Shown piece after piece: positions 1-12,216 of a stretch of DNA of 64,000 nt; positions within the stretch are counted from its first letter, which is position 1; each line of letters opens with the position of its first letter. A model generated the notes under the pieces. The model was not told where the DNA came from. It saw only the letters and a list, made by a program, of their open reading frames with translations, and made no database searches. The stretch is from Octopus vulgaris. Its lineage: Eukaryota. The stretch lies in the NCBI GenBank assembly GCA_951406725.2, contig OX597833.1:53754001-53818000 (forward strand), read 5' to 3'. Position numbers and translations under genes: made by a program.

Positions 1-252
1 GGGGGGGGGACAAACACAGACACAAACATATACACACACATATATATATATATATAGATATAGACATATGTATATACATACATATATACGACGGGCTTCT
101 TTCAGTTTCCGTCTACCAAATCCACTCACAAGGTTTTGGTCGGCCCGAGGCTATAGTAGATGACACTTGCCCAAGGTGCCACGGAGTGAGACTGAACCCG
201 GGAGCATGTGGTTGGTAAGCAAGCTACTTACCACACAGCTACTCCTACGCCT
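1..252 (-). mobile_element. Family S tRNA-derived SINE (5' half; cut by window edge)
   Basis: Reverse complement of the head GGAGTGGCTGTGTGGTAAG (A box)...GGTTCAGTC (B box), then CACCTTGGGCAAGTGTC and an internal (TA)n/(TG)n tract; about 20 near-identical copies in the window. Confidence 0.9.
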
Positions 253-635
253 ATATATAGATCTTTAAATAAATTTGAGTGATGTTTCTCTGTCCGTTAC
301 GTTTTTGTGTTTGTTAACTCCTCCTAGACCATTGGTGCAAGGACAATGAAACTCAAACCAGCAACTCCCCTAATCCGAGGGAATGTCCTAAGGGGGTCTA
401 TTTTTTTAAGGGCTGCCTAATTGGGGCCCCACTGACACCCCTATTTTTACTGCATTTTAAACTACATACATGGCACTGGCAACCAAATCAGAGCAATGAT
501 AATGAATTTCATACCATGAACTCTCAGGGAGTATTGTAAGAAGATTCAATTTCTGAAGGGCTGCTTAAATGGGGCCTCTCTGACCGCCCCACTCTATTTT
601 ACTGCATTTATCTCACTCCTACGTTTATTGATTAA

Positions 636-1154
636 CCCTTTAGTGTTTAAACCGGCCAAATCTGGCCCAGATATTCCACATGTTTTATATTCAAACTGGC
701 AATATCTAGCCTCTCACACCTACCCTACAATGTCATTCTATAAATAAACAATCACATCATTGAAACCTCAAAGCTATAAGATAATGCATGATTAATTCAA
801 AACATCATCATCATCATCATTCATTTAGCGTCCGTTTTCCATGCTAGCATGGGTTGGACGGTTCAACTGGGGTCTGGGGAGCCCGAAGGCTGCACCAGGC
901 CAGTCAGATCTGGCAGTGTTTCTACAGCTGGATGCCCTTCCTAACGCCAACCACTCCGAGAGTGTAGTGGGTGATTTTATGGTGCCAGACGAGGCTGGCG
1001 AACGGCCACGCTCGGATGGTGTTTTTTATGTGCCACCGACACAGGTGCCAGACGAGGCTGGCAGACGCCACGCTATAAGATAATGCTTGATTAATTCAAA
1101 ACAATTTGAGTGAAAAAGTATTACATTTAACAGAGTAATCTGAACACTAAAGGA
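636..1154 (+). mobile_element. piggyBac-like MITE family A, with a nested family R insertion
   Basis: TTAA|CCCTTTAGTGTT ... AACACTAAAGGA|TTAA. TTAA target duplication and CCC/GGG-type ends are piggyBac hallmarks; multiple copies in the window. Confidence 0.75.
805..1071 (-). mobile_element. Family R retroposon (RTE-type, (ATG)n tail), 5'-truncated
   Basis: Reverse complement of GGTTGGCGTTAGGAAGGGCATCCAGC...CCATGCTAGCATGGAAAACGGACG followed by (GAT)n; flanked by a 32-bp direct repeat (773-804, 1072-1103). Confidence 0.85.
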
Positions 1155-1737
1155 TTAAACTATGATTAGCATCAGTTCTTAGCACATTTGCAGAAATAAG
1201 TTTGGGCATTCTAAATACCTTCATGTACATTCAAATCGAGATAAGGAGTTATAACAGGTACATTTGATGTGTGCTAGTGTGGATATTTATATTTCGTAGT
1301 TTATGAAACTTATGTCAAGGTGGAAAATTAATTTTCCTGTTCTGGTTACAGTATCCCGCTAAAGATTTGTAATAGAAGATAGGATGAGATTGAAATGAAA
1401 TGGATCCTGTTCATTTTATCTCAATCCCATATCAATGTTTTTTTTCGGAAATGGTGAAGTGATGGAAAGATTATGATAGCTTTGATAGTCATACAATTCA
1501 CTTGCTTAGGTTCAAGTCTAAAAATATGAAGTGAATAAATTATTACAGTGAGTTTGAAAGCACATATAACTCCATGAAAGTGTCACAAATTTTCAGTGTC
1601 AGAATAAAATGGGGAAAAAAAAAAAAACATGGAAAATGGATCCCCAAGGCCTCAAAGGTGCCCTCCACAAATACAAGCCTGAAGGGAGGCTTCAAGGCTA
1701 ATATATATATATATGTATGTATGTGAGTATATATATA

Positions 1738-2070
1738 GGTACAGGAGTGGCTGTGTGGTAAGTGGCTTGCTTACCAACCACAAGGTTCCGGGTTCAGTCC
1801 CACTGCATGGCACCTTGGGCAAGGGTCTTCTACTATAACCTCGGGCCGACCAAAGCCTTGTGAGTGGATTTGGTAGACGGAAACTGAAAGAAGCCTGTCG
1901 TATATATGTATATATATATGTGTGTGTGTGTGAGTGTGTGTGTGTTGTCACCCCCAACAGCAGTTCGGCAAAGAGACCGGTAGAATAAGACTTGCAAAGA
2001 ATAAGTCCTGGGGTCGATTCGCTTGACTCCAGCATGACTGCAGTCAAATGACTGAAACAAGTAAAAGAGT
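1738..2070 (+). mobile_element. Family S SINE
   Basis: A/B-box head, internal TA/TG tract, tail CAGTCAAATGACTGAAACAAGTAAAAGAG. Confidence 0.9.
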
Positions 2071-2454
2071 ATATATATATATACTCACACACACACACAC
2101 AGGTATTGGAGGTGTTAATGACAAAGGGACGTAACTCTTTTTGGCTCATCAATCTTAGAGTAAATGTGTGTAGTAGCCAGGTGTGTCCAGATGAAGCAGA
2201 TCTTTGATCAAATGTATTCCAACTGTGATCATCCAGTTATTTTAGGAGCATGAAAGACTGCATTATCTAATATGACCTTGCCTTATTAAAGACAGTAGGG
2301 CATCAAACGAAGAAGATTTGGTGCTATTTCTAGCTCCTTCAGTGGCTTCTCATTTTATAAGATGGAGTGTCGAGTCTCGTGAACCTGGAATTGTCAACTT
2401 AGAATACCTAAGTTAATTTCTTTGAAAACGCACATACACACAATACTGTTACAT

Positions 2455-2740
2455 ACTGGATGGATTCAGATGGAACTTTCAGGAATGTTTGACCTTGTGA
2501 CTGGCACGAACTGATTAGATTTTGGGATCGATCTGGTACCGGACAAGGATTCTGGATTATTTTTCTGTTTTTTATTTTTACTTAAGTTTTGAGAGCAGTT
2601 GGGTTCATTTTTAGTATTCTCGTTTGTGAGAGCAGTCGAGAATATTTCAGATATTCTCATTTTAAAAATCATCTCTGGCTAATCGTTGAGAGGACGTTGG
2701 TGTTGCCTTGGTGAAGGTTTGTGCTCTCTGAGTGCTCGTT
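2455..2740 (+). mobile_element. Probable Helentron-associated (HINE/DINE-like) non-autonomous element, 3' part
   Basis: Ends GCCTTGGTGAAGG followed by the hairpin GTGCTC-TCT-GAGTGC, the subterminal repeat plus stem-loop layout of such elements; 5' end not found. Confidence 0.4.
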
Positions 2741-3019
2741 TACACTGCTCTAAATTAATCATGCATTATCTTGTAGCTTCAAGATTTCAATGATATCATC
2801 ATCATCACTTAACGTCCGTTGTCCATGCTGGCTTGGGTTGGATGGTTTGACAGGTAAAAGATTACACCAGGCTAGAGTATCTGTTCTGGCATGGTTTTTA
2901 CAACTGGATGCCCTTCCAAATGCCAATCACTTCAGTGTGGACTGGATGCCTTTTATAGGATTGTTCATTTTGGAATGACATTGAAGGTAGGTGTGAGGGG
3001 CTGGGTGTGGCTGATTTAA

Positions 3020-3179
3020 CCCTTTAGTATCCAGGCTCTCACACCTACCCTACAATGTTATTCTACATTAAGTAATTACACTATCAAGATCTTGAAGATA
3101 TGAGATAATGCATGATTAATTCAAATCAATGGGAATCAATAGGTATTATGTTTGATAGAATAATCTGAACACTAAAGGG
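3020..3179 (+). mobile_element. piggyBac-like MITE family A (internally deleted), nested in an older opposite-strand copy
   Basis: TTAA|CCCTTTAG...CTAAAGGG|TTAA. Confidence 0.75.
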
Positions 3180-3243
3180 TTAAACATAAAACAGTTAGAA
3201 TATTTGAGGCTGGATATGGCCAGTTGAATTTAAGGAAATTATT

Positions 3244-3541
3244 TTCAGGGAGTGCCTCCAGGTTGAGCAGTTGCTGCTCCACATTGAGAGGTCACAGCTC
3301 TGGTTCTACGGACATGTGGAAAGGATTGTAGGACAAACTCTTCAAGCCGAGCCAACCGACAGGAGCATTAAGGGTAGACCAAGAATGAGAGGGTTGGATA
3401 ATATCCACGATCTCAAGCAGGAACCCAGCCAGAAAATGTAATGATGGTCATTTCTGATGGAACCCTAAGGATGAGGTGGCACAGAAATCTAGCTCTATGA
3501 CCATCCCACCAGAAATAGTGGGTGGAGAAAATGGATGGATG
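3244..3541 (+). pseudogene. 3' end remnant of an RTE-clade LINE (Rex3/Expander-like ORF C-terminus)
   Basis: Frame from 3244 reads FRECLQVEQLLLHIERSQLWFYGHVER...KGRPRMRGLDNIHDL, matching the RTE C-terminal pattern LLLHIERSQLRWxGH...RGRPRxRW; ends GAAAATGGATGGATG. Confidence 0.75.
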
Positions 3542-3864
3542 AAAATTACATTCACACTGCTTAATTTTTCCAGGGAAATTAACCATAATCGTCTCATGTA
3601 AAAGAAATACACTGACAGGGACATCAAAGTGTGGCAAATGTAAATAATTGAATTTGCTTTCCTTTAAACGCAGTACATATTGGCTTTCAGTACTGAGAAT
3701 TAATTAATTTCATGAGACTGAAATAATTAATATAATTATTTATTTAATTTCATGCAAGCATTAATATAATAAGATCTGCAATTTGCTTAGTGATTTATCA
3801 ATGTTGGATTAAAAAGTAACAAAAAAAATATATAACAGTCACTCATATATATATATATTTATAT

Positions 3865-4267
3865 ATTCTTTTATTTGTTTATCATTTGACTGCGGTCATG
3901 CTGGAGCACCTCCTTTTAGTCGAACAAATTGACCCCAGGACTTATTCGTTATAAGCCTAGTACTTATACTATTGGTCTCTTTTGCTGAACCGCTAAGTTA
4001 CGGGGATGTAACCACACCAGCATCGGTTGTCAAGAGATGTTGTGGGGGGGGGGGGACAAACACACACAAACATATACATACACACACACACATATATATA
4101 TATACAACAGGCTTCTTTCAGTTTCCATCTACCAAATCCACTCACAAGGTTTTGGTCAGTCCAAGGTTATAGTAGAAGACACTTGCCCATGGTGCCTCAC
4201 AGTGGGACTGAACCTGGAACCATGTGGTTGGTAAGCAAGCTACTTACGACACAGCCACTTCTGAACC
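3865..4267 (-). mobile_element. Family S SINE, full length
   Basis: Collinear with the other family S copies. Confidence 0.9.
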
Positions 4268-4301
<34 letters not shown>

Positions 4302-4727
4302 TATACACACACAAGTATGTATGTGTGTATAATTTATTTTGGACAGTTTACAAGTGAAGACAAAAATTAGAAACAAAAAAAAAAAAAGAAAAAGGATTAT
4401 ACTTATGTTGCAATAATAATAAAGACTTTTCTTTAAAATGTTAGAATGATCAGATTTCAGATAGATATAAAGCAAGACACAGTTAATAACTGATGATGAT
4501 GATGATGTTAACGACTATTTCAAAATCATCATCATCATCATCACCAACAGCAACAATGTGAAATTTTGAATGAACATGGCTGAATGGCTGATTGAATGAG
4601 TCGCATAGTCTTACTGATTAATTGAAAGGCTGAAGTTGCTAAGTACTGGTTCTGCTCTCCTCAAATTAGATGGCCCATTCTATACTGTAGGATGTCACAT
4701 GTGTAGTATACTTTATATATATATATA

Positions 4728-5040
4728 TTACCGTGATCACCATGACCGACCAGGCTATCAGATGTTGCCACACATTGCTGGTCACAATGCGCTTCGCATT
4801 GTTTTTTAGCCTTCAAATGACGCCACCCCACTGGCTAAGCGAGCAGGCCAGCAGAAGAAAGAGTAAGAGAAAGTTGTGGCGAAAGAGTACAGCAGGGATC
4901 ACCACCACCCCCTGCCGGAGTCTCGTGGAGCTTTAGGTGTTTTTGCTCAATAAACACTCACAACGCCCGGTCTGGGAATCGAAACCGTGATCCTACAACT
5001 GCAAGTCCGCTGCCCTAACCACTGGGCCATTGCGCCTCCA
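4728..5040 (-). mobile_element. Family A tRNA-derived SINE (tail variant 1) within a (TA)n tract
   Basis: Reverse-complement head TGGAGGCGCAATGGCCCAGTGGTTAGG...GGTTTCGATTCCC; head shared with 43311-43610 and 58494-58849. Confidence 0.85.
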
Positions 5041-5439
5041 CATATATATATATATAATGCCTGGTTAGAGGCCATGTACCCAGAGCATGGAGATTGCTTG
5101 GAGACACTAGGTGTTTTAAAACCTGCCTAGATAAGATCTTCAATGCATGAAACTGTTAGTAGCTCATAACTATATCGTGTGTACATTAAACTCTGTGTGT
5201 ATGTGTGTGTGAGTGAATACATGTATGTGTGCATATAGACAGAGGGAGCTATTTATTATAATCAACAATGTAGCCAGTTACTGTTATCAAAATTAGTCAG
5301 TCCCAAACTATATTTAACATGTAAATATCATCTGCTTATTAGAATCAAATGGTTCGGGTATTGTTACGGAAAATGCTTTGTCCCAAGGTGATCATAATAG
5401 CAGCTTCCACTGTAAAAGTACATTTGTCAAATCATTCTT

Positions 5440-6116
5440 TCATTATTTGTTTCAGTCATTAGGCTGCGGCCATGCTGGAGCACTACCTTGAAGCATGCCT
5501 TAATATGGTAATTAACCAATAGCTGGGGCCCTGATAGGTACTGCTACTCCAGATCAGAGTTGACCTGGGAGCAGTAGTGACTAAGTAGTGTACAACTCCT
5601 GGTACTTATTTTATCACTATCTTTTGTCGAACTGCTAAGTTACGGGGGACATGAACACACCAACACCAGGTGTCAAGCAGTGGTGTGGAGAAACAGACAC
5701 ACATACACACACATAGATATAAATATATACGACAGGATTCTTTCAGTTTCCACCTACCAAATCTACTCACAAGGCTTTGGTTAGTATGAGGCTATAGTAG
5801 GCGGCGAGCTGGCAGAAACGTTAGCACGCTGGGCGAAATGCGTAGCCGTATTTCGTCTGCCGTTACATTCTGAGTTCAAATTCTGCCGAGGTCGACTTTG
5901 CCTTTCATCCTTTTAGGGTCGATAAATTAAGTACCAGTTATGCACTGGGGTCGATGTAATCGACTTAATACCTTTGTTTGTCCACTCTGTGTTTAGCCTC
6001 TTGCGAGTGATAAAGAAATATATAGTAGAAAACACTTGTCCAAGATGCCACACAATGGGACTGAACTCGGAACCATGTGGTTGGGCAACAGGCTTCTTAC
6101 CACACAGCCATACCTG
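5440..6116 (-). mobile_element. Family S SINE interrupted by insertions, including family M at 5800-6020
   Basis: S sequence resumes after the TATAGTA duplication (5793-5799, 6021-6027). Confidence 0.8.
5800..6020 (+). mobile_element. Family M SINE monomer (tRNA-like head; MetaSINE-like central domain)
   Basis: GGCGGCGAGCTGGCAGAAACGTTAG...GAGTTCAAATTC head, central GCCTTTCATCCTTT..GGGTCGATAAATTAAGTACCAG, end AAAGAAATA; 7-bp TSD. The Meta-domain assignment is from memory. Confidence 0.85.
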
Positions 6117-6810
6117 TATCTAAGTGACATCCTACAATATAACACAGGTCTATCGATTTAAGATTTGACCAATACAGTGAAGCTTGATGCTGACAGATAA
6201 ACTGTAAGTTACGTAGTAAACTTTACCATTTCTTAAAAGTAGTCCATCATTAATTACAATTAAATGAAATTGCTTGACAAACTGATATTGATCTTTGGCA
6301 AGTTCTGTTTGGATTGTATACAGTGTTTCTCTGTGTGACACAGACCACACTGGCAGCATGTGAACGTTGTGTTAGGAAGCACCAAGAATAATCTGGCAAT
6401 GTTCCTACGTCCATGTAGAGCCAGACAATAGGACTCAAAACACTTTATAGGTAGAGGCAAACGTTAACAGTTAAAATTGGAGTATGTTACAGCTGTGAGG
6501 CATAAACTAACATCTATTTGAAACACCGAAAAAATATTGGCACCGTTTCAAGTACCATACTATTTATATACGGTTATTACACAATATTACACACTGCACT
6601 TTTATACTATTGCATTGTATTGCAAAAATTTTCAAAAACAGAGAGAGAGAGAGAGAGAGGGAAAAGAATCCTTACGATAACTTGAAGGCTTGTCACAGCT
6701 CTATGTTTCGTCTAATCTCTTCCATAATATTTCAACCAACCGACCGAACGACCGACTGGTCAGCCAGCATCAACAACAGCAAATAAACTACGTTCTACAT
6801 TGGTTTAAAA

Positions 6811-6860
<50 letters not shown>

Positions 6861-7364
6861 GGAAAGGTTTTGTCAGTTGTTTTGTACATAAAAATGATAC
6901 AGAGGTTTGAATACAGGGCTTTCCTTCTCACGACTGGAGTTCTTTTACTGCGGGTTTTAAGAGGTTCCATCTGCTCCCATTATAATTAGAAAGGGAGGAT
7001 TAAAAGTCCTCAAGATGAAGAAAAAAATGGAAGGGATGTTTGCGGGGTGGTGGTGGTGGTGGCGGATGTGGCTAGGGAGAAAATTGCAACACAAGGCGAT
7101 CTGCTTCAGCGAAGGGAAGGGGCTTTCCTTTTTGCCATTGGATGACTGACTATCATGCAAATAAATGTAAGTAAGACCGAGGTGTGTGTGTGTGTGTGGG
7201 GGGGGACAAGGCACAGGGTAAGGGGGGAAAGAAGGAAGGGAGAAAACCCCCCTAAAGGCATGAAACATTAAGGGATTGCTTGGATTGTCTGTAATGTGAA
7301 CAAAATGAAAGTGTGTGTGCGTGTATGTGGGAGAGGGACGTAATGTTTCTCTTGTACAATGATG

Positions 7365-7406
<42 letters not shown>

Positions 7407-7568
7407 GCCCTACCACCACCCACCCCGGCCCTTTTTTTCTTCCCTCTTTTCCAGCAGTCAACAAAATATATATATTCTGCTCAGCCAAAATATACATGCA
7501 GCTGTCAGGGAGAAAAGGAGAAAATAAGAATGAGCAAACAGCATAAAACAAGCTTTTATATATGTATA

Positions 7569-7618
<50 letters not shown>

Positions 7619-7824
7619 CACATCTATGGAATATTAGATTATTAGATATTACATTCCTTGCCGTAATATAAATATATATAACATATACATACAGACACGC
7701 ATGCATGTGTGTGTATAAACACACACATTTATGGAATATTAGATGTTATATTCCTTGCAATTATGCACATATATATATATATATATATATGTACATGTAT
7801 ATATATATATATATGTACATGTAC

Positions 7825-7879
<55 letters not shown>

Positions 7880-8248
7880 TGTATATATTCAATAATGGAT
7901 GTGCAAATGCATGTTTCTTTCTGGTTTTCGCTTTTCATTTGAGTTGCACGTGAAAGAGAATGATAGTTAACGGGGCAGAGCGGGGGAGTGTATGTTAAGA
8001 GGGAGGAAGGGTTACAGACCCCTGTAATCATCGTTAACTCCGTCCACATAGAGAGAGCGAGACATAATTTCGATGAAGAATTAACAAACCATTTAATGGA
8101 AGCAGACTCGGTCGGTGGGTGTCAAAAAGAGTATTGGAAGCTAAATTGCTTCAATGTAGTTATTATTATAAACCTCAATCAAGATTTTTATGAACACAAA
8201 ATAATCATTATTGAAACATCAACTGTAATATTTGTGATTAAAAAGGAA

Positions 8249-8292
<44 letters not shown>

Positions 8293-8319
8293 AGGAAAGA
8301 AAAAAACCGAAAACAATTG

Positions 8320-8474
8320 CAGTTCAGTGGTTAAGAAGCTTGTTTCCCAACCATGTGCAATCCTTGGGTTCAGTTTCATGCCAGGAAACTTGGGCAACTG
8401 CCTTCGCAGAACTGAACAAACCCTTGTGAGTGGATTTAGTAGGCAGAAACAAAGAAGCTGGTGTACACCCACAC

Positions 8475-8475
<1 letters not shown>
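8320..8475 (+). mobile_element. Degenerate family S SINE, 5' half
   Basis: Diverged head through CCTTGTGAGTGGATTTAGTAG, ending in a (TA)n tract. Confidence 0.7.
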
Positions 8476-8536
<61 letters not shown>

Positions 8537-8539
<3 letters not shown>

Positions 8540-8865
8540 TTATAAATAAGGGCAAACGAAAAAATTTCTAATGCCAAATATGCCGAGAATTCGACTAATG
8601 TCCATTTACCGTATATATTTTTTTTTCCCAGTACGCACGCTACTCGCAAAGGGTCGACAGAAATCTCTACAAAATTCCATTATTACCATATCGGACCGAT
8701 TTCAGGGTTAGTTCAAAAAGAACCCTCCTTTCGTCAGTGATACATGTGGCCAAGAGGTAAATGAGATACTTACTCATACCCATGGAAGAAGCAAACACTA
8801 AGTCATGAGCACAACTAAGTGCCCAAAATAAATCCAAAATAGAAATACTCCAGCCCATTCAAGAC
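8537..8865 (-). mobile_element. Hammerhead-bearing element family H2 (Penelope-like terminal fragment) between (TA)n tracts
   Basis: About 120 bp of the 3' end is shared with 57652-57858; contains the hammerhead motif at 8686-8746; (TA)n on both sides. Confidence 0.65.
8686..8746 (-). ncRNA. Type I hammerhead ribozyme motif (minimal stem III)
   Basis: Minus strand: CATGTATCA CTGACGA A AGGAGGGTTC-TTTTT-GAACTAACCCT GAAA TCGG TC CGATATG. CUGACGA core, stem II, GAAA, near-palindromic ATCGGT stem III, GUC site, and TATC/GATA stem I. Confidence 0.7.
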
Positions 8866-8910
8866 ACATATATATATATATATAAATATACATACACACA
8901 CACATACACA

Positions 8911-9308
8911 TATTCTTTTATTCTTTTGTTTGTTTCAGTCATTTGACTGCGGCCATGCTGGAGCAAAGCCTTGAAGGATTTTAGCCGACACAAATCAATC
9001 CCAGGACTTATTCTTTGTAAGCCTAGTATGTATTCTATCACACCCCTTTTGCTGAACCGCTAAGTTACAGGGATGTAAACACACCGACATCAGTTGTCAA
9101 GCAATAGTGGGGGAACAAACACAGACACACAAACATACATACATATATAACAGGCTTCTTTCAGTTTCCGTCTACCAAATTCATTCACAAGGCTTTGGTC
9201 AGCTTGAGGCTATAGTAGAAGAGACTTGCCCAAGGTGCCATGCAGTGTGACTGAACCCAGAACCATGTGGTTGAAAAACAAGCTTCTTACCACACAGTCG
9301 TGCCTGCA
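8911..9308 (-). mobile_element. Family S SINE, full length
   Basis: Collinear with the family consensus. Confidence 0.9.
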
Positions 9309-9329
9309 CATATATATGTATATGTGTGT

Positions 9330-9658
9330 GAAGGTGCATGGCTTAGTGGTTCGGGCATTCGGCTCACAATCATCAGGTTGTGAGTTCAATTCCCAGCAAT
9401 GCATTGTGTCCTTGAGGAAGACACTTTATTTCATGTTGCTCCAGTCCACTCAGCTGGCAAAAATGAGATGTACCTCTATATTTCTAAGGGCCGGACTTGT
9501 CACACTTTGTGTCACACTGAATCTCCCTGTGAACTACGTTAAGAGTACACATGTCTGAGGAGTGCTCAGCCACTTGCACATTAATTTCATGAGCAGGCTG
9601 TTCCATGGATCATATAAGCTGGGACCTTCGTTGTCGTAACCGATGGAGTGTTCCTTTT
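9330..9658 (+). mobile_element. Family C tRNA-derived SINE with CORE-like domain (tail variant x)
   Basis: TGGCTTAGTGG A box, GAGTTCAATTCC B box, GTGTCCTTGAGGAAGACACTT CORE-like segment. Confidence 0.8.
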
Positions 9659-10456
9659 ATATATGTCTGTGTGTGTCTATGTTTTGTCCCCCATCACTGC
9701 TTCACAACATGTGTTAGTTTGTTTACATTCCTGTAACTTAGTGCTTTAGTAAAAGAAACCAATAAAATAAGTAAAAACTATAGGGGTTGATTTGTTCAAC
9801 TAAAACCCTTCGAGGTGATGCCCCAGCAAGGCCACAGTCCATTGACTGAAACAAGTAAAAAAAAAAATTATATAAAAACAAAAAAGATAAAGAAAAAAGA
9901 CACAAAAGACAAACCACAAAGATGTTTCAGGGGGAAGCGAACAATTATCTCATTTGAATAAGCAGTTAGGAAGTGTAAAAGATATCCAGTGCATTACTGA
10001 CATGATAGGGTTTAAATGCTGGCAACCCTTTTCTTTTTCTCTCCCACCACTACGAGAGACATGCACACTGATCCAGTTTGACTCCCTGCTGCTTGTGTCA
10101 ACTTTCCCTGCCCATGAAACAAATAGTTATAAACCCCAGCCCAGAGATCTACTGGAGTTTCGCAAGGGAGCTGGATCAAGTGAAGGATCGAGAGAGCCAA
10201 CCGATATATATATATACAAGTTGTGTTTGTTCAGTAAACATCAGCAACCGCCCTATTGTCTTTTTAAAAGGGAGTAAGAATGGAGTAAGGATGTGCTTCA
10301 TTCATCCCACAATCTTAGGGACAGCTGCACCACAATTAACACGAGATTCCCATAAGTGAAATACAAATTGAATAGTGAAGACCGACTTAGGTTAACACCA
10401 AGATCAACGTACAATAAAACAAGAATCAAAAATAGAAAAAAAAAAAATTTTTTTAA

Positions 10457-11075
10457 CCCTTTTGTTACTGTATTTATTTTGAGATGCTCTGTGTGTGTCT
10501 TTCAGTTAATCTTTATATATAAAAGTAAGGTTGTGTGTCTGTCTACTCCGATTTAGATTCCTAACTACTCCCACATTTTGCGGTGCAGTTTAACCAAAAC
10601 CGGGTATCTTATAGTCGTGATTCATATCGAGCCCTTCTGGGTATTAGCGCGCATCTACGATGAGTCTACGATTTTTAAAATAATTTACCATCATTTTTTC
10701 CATTTTAATGCATTTTTTCGCTAAGGGAAGTAACTCTCTAAAAATGTCTACGATGAGTCAACGATTTAAAAAAAAATTTACCATCATATTTTTTTCCATT
10801 TTTAATGCATTTTTTTGCTATTTTTTTGCTATAACTCTCTAAAAATGCTTATATAGTTATTTCCCTTACAAACCCAAGCAACGCCGGGCGATACTGCTAG
10901 TTTTAAATATAACAAAGAATTTAGTAAAATAACTTAGTTATCATTAATTAAGCTAGTGTTCGGAACATTAATTGTGACTAAGGTTTGGTGGAAGATTTTA
11001 ATTCAAAACTCATGAAAACAAGACATTTGTACTACAGAGCCAGAGCCGGTTTCAGCCGGGTTGGTAAAGAAAGGG
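10457..11075 (+). mobile_element. piggyBac-like MITE family B with a nested Helitron
   Basis: TTAA|CCCTTTTGTTAC...GTAAAGAAAGGG|TTAA; an uninterrupted copy lies at 27709-27929. Confidence 0.8.
10510..10900 (+). mobile_element. Non-autonomous Helitron
   Basis: Inserted between A and T with no TSD; begins TCTTTATATATAAA and ends with the hairpin CCCAAGCAACGCCGGG then CTAG; internal ~93-bp tandem duplication. Confidence 0.85.
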
Positions 11076-11132
11076 TTAAACCCCTAAAACTGAACAAAAA
11101 TCAACAAACAATAAGAGAACATGAATATATTA

Positions 11133-11550
11133 GGCATAGGAGTGGCTGTGTGGAAAGTAGCTTGCTTACCAACCACATGGTTCTGGGTTCAGTCCCACTA
11201 CGTGGCATCTTGGGCAAGTGTCTTCTACTATAGCGTCGGGCCGACCAAAGCCTTGTGAGTGGATTTGGTGGACGGAAACTGAAAGAACCCGTCGTATATA
11301 TGTATATATATGTATGTGTGTGTATGTGTTTGTGTGTCTGTGTTTGTCCACCCCAACATCGCTTGACAACCGATGCTGGTGTGTTTACGTCCCCGTAACT
11401 TAGCGGTTCGGCAAAAGAGACCGCTAGAATAAGTACTAGGCTTACAAAGAATAAGTCCTGGGGGTCGATTTGCTCGACTGAAGGTGGTGCTCCAGCATGG
11501 CCGCAGCCAAATGACTGAAACAAGTAAAAGAGAGTAAAAGAGTAAGAGTA
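11133..11550 (+). mobile_element. Family S SINE, full length
   Basis: Near-consensus copy with an (AAAGAGT)-like repeat tail. Confidence 0.92.
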
Positions 11551-12051
11551 TATCAAACTGACTGTTTGGTGTAGGAAATACTTCAAAATTATTGAATAAC
11601 TTTCATTTGTGGTCACAGACTTGTCAAACTTTTGGTTTTTAGCCAAAAATTCCAGCACAATGAAATCAAATCTTTACATATTTGAATAGAAATAAAGCTG
11701 ATGGTTTTAAAATTGACTGATAAATTAAATATTTGGAGACTCAAAAGACACCCTTTCCCTCTCCGTCTCTCTCTCTCTCCACCTCTCTGTCATATCGAAG
11801 AAGTTAATAAAGGAAGACAATTAGCCATAAACTGTTCACAGGGAATTAATATATGAAAGCGCACTTATTAGAAGAACACCGAAGCAATTGTTGAAATTTT
11901 AAATTTTGATTTGATTGGAATTTCAACAGATATCATCATCAAATCAACCCACACAGGCAGACAGCCAGTCACTATTTTAAATAAACATGGGAAGGCATTC
12001 TATTTTTTAACACAGGCACCTAGATAAACAACAATGCCTTAAAATAGCACG

Positions 12052-12052
12052 C

Positions 12053-12089
<37 letters not shown>

Positions 12090-12182
12090 GGCTGCTGCTG
12101 CTGCTACTACTACTACTACTACCACCACTATCACCACTATCACTACTACTGCCACCACTACCACTACTACAACTACTGCTGG

Positions 12183-12216
<34 letters not shown>

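Noticed and set aside
4960-5040. tRNA-like sequences at SINE heads as real tRNA genes
   Set aside because: A and B boxes are present but the acceptor stem is not closed and each continues into a repeat body.
6150-6460. Three overlapping short minus-strand ORFs in unique sequence
   Set aside because: No recognisable homology; lengths are consistent with chance.
11490-11530. Family S tail stem followed by GAAACAAGTA resembles the 3' half of a hammerhead
   Set aside because: No CUGANGA core upstream of the stem in any copy; better explained as a LINE recognition hairpin.
11101-11658. Recurring peptides such as RGYSRRHLPK.PRSGTEP and LQLDALPNANH in many ORFs
   Set aside because: Antisense translations of SINE families S and R; frames are broken differently in each copy.
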